Source: Ostrea edulis
Lineage: Eukaryota
Length of the DNA stretch: 64,000 nucleotides
Direction of reading: 5' to 3'
Assembly (NCBI RefSeq): GCF_947568905.1
Contig: NC_079171.1
Location: 74,276,001-74,340,000 of the forward strand
Of this stretch, positions 62,759-64,000 are shown in pieces. Every line of letters starts with the position of its first letter. Positions within the stretch are counted from its first letter, which is position 1. The translations under genes were made by a program, and so were the position numbers. The notes beneath the pieces were generated by a model. It saw only the letters and a program-made list of their open reading frames with translations. It was not told where the DNA came from and did not search any database.

Positions 62759-63351
62759 TATATCTAAATGTTGAATTGAAGGCCACATCAGCACATGTTT
62801 CCTCTCACGTAGAAGTGTTTGAGTAAATTCAGCTTCACATGAATATAAAAACAGGTCGGCTAACAGAGGAAAGCAATTCATGTCCTTGGGGATTTCAACA
62901 TATTGTTGGACGATCTGATCAACAAAGCCACTAATATATTAAATGTCTATAAAACTGAACCATGGTTTTGAAGAATGTTATCCTTTGAACGGGGAGATGA
63001 AGTAGACGTACGATAACCAAAAGTAGAAATTGATCCCATGCCCCCTATCAAAAATGCAAAACTCAGAGTAACAGCAACATTTGGGTCGGATACCATGGAA
63101 TAGTAAGCAACCCCTGTCAATAGACAAAAGTATTTTCCTTCATATTCAATTTTAAGTTATAACTTGTGTATTGTTTTTATTAGTTTAGTAGCACGTCTCA
63201 GTAGAGTTGCATCAAATGGGGAAGAAAGTGTTAGATGATAAATAATATCCCATATTATGTCAATATCGTTTAATAGAAAAGGTGTCAAATGATAAATAAT
63301 GCCCCATATTGTCTTAATGTAGTGTATTAGAAAAGGTGTCAGATGATAAAT

Positions 63352-63482
63352 GCAAGATGAAGATAACGAACAGTAATCGATCTCATAACTCCTACAAGCA
63401 ATACAAAATAGATAGTTGGGCAAACACGGACCCCTGGGCACACCAGAGGTGGGATCAGGTGCCTAGGAGGAGTAAGCATCCC
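63352..63482 (-). mobile_element. Penelope-like 3'-end fragment
   Basis: atgcaagatgaagataacgaac...ggagtaagcatccc. Confidence 0.9.
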
Positions 63483-64000
63483 TCATAATACCTCATATTA
63501 TGTTTATATCGTGTAATAGAAAAACGTTGACAAGATCCAGGACAATCCCTGGTCTGATCAATCTTCAATTACAATGCCATTGCCTTAGGGATTTACGGGG
63601 TGATGATCACGTGATGATTGCGAATGTATTATACATTTATAACCGGACGCAGCGTAGTTAAAGCCTCCTGAGAAAAATCACAATATTCTACAGACACACT
63701 GCATGACGTCACAATAAAAAAGTTCGTCACGACGTTGTTACCGCTGCCAAGTGTCATGTGTATATAAGTTAATTTAATTTTTGTCAAATGATAATTTTTG
63801 TTTCTATTTCATATTGATTACAAGTCCCCCTTTTCATGTGCAATGTATATATATATATATTATGTATACAGTATGCGTCACAGCAATTTTGATAGTATAG
63901 CCTATTAGTCACCGAAATTGCTCCTACATATACATGCAATTTGAATCTAGACATTTACAGAAAGAAAGTCAATCGTACGTAAACAATGACTCGGTGTAAT

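Noticed and set aside
63570-63720. E-box (ATCACGTGAT) and CRE-like (TGACGTCA) motifs as a promoter
   Set aside because: Such short motifs are expected by chance, and no downstream gene is visible in the window.

Overview
This is AT-rich eukaryotic DNA, most likely from a bivalve (oyster-like; inferred from the repeat families). I can support no intact host gene; the window is a graveyard of nested mobile elements. The largest is an 8.5-kb tyrosine-recombinase (Ngaro/DIRS-type) retrotransposon with split direct repeats in the order A1-ORFs-B1-A2-B2 (32218-40680). It carries a 5' SGNH-hydrolase ORF, gag, RT/RNase H and YR, all disrupted. Its two B repeats differ by an exact 44-bp inversion between 12-bp inverted repeats. 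Other elements are an internally deleted AcademX-type transposon with TIRs and a 3-bp TSD, an AcademH-type remnant (transposase plus convergent RecQ helicase), a decayed three-intron Tc1/mariner-like transposase, about 13 3' ends of a Penelope-like RT element (one long copy) and a CR1/L2-like RT fragment. A family of ~350-nt repeats carries minimal type I hammerhead ribozymes in tandem and inverted arrangements (retrozyme-like). The rest is MITE/foldback elements, SINE remnants and tandem arrays. Most short ORFs in the supplied track are repeat artefacts or pseudogene fragments. All alignments, translations and folds were done by eye and family names come from motif recall, not database searches.
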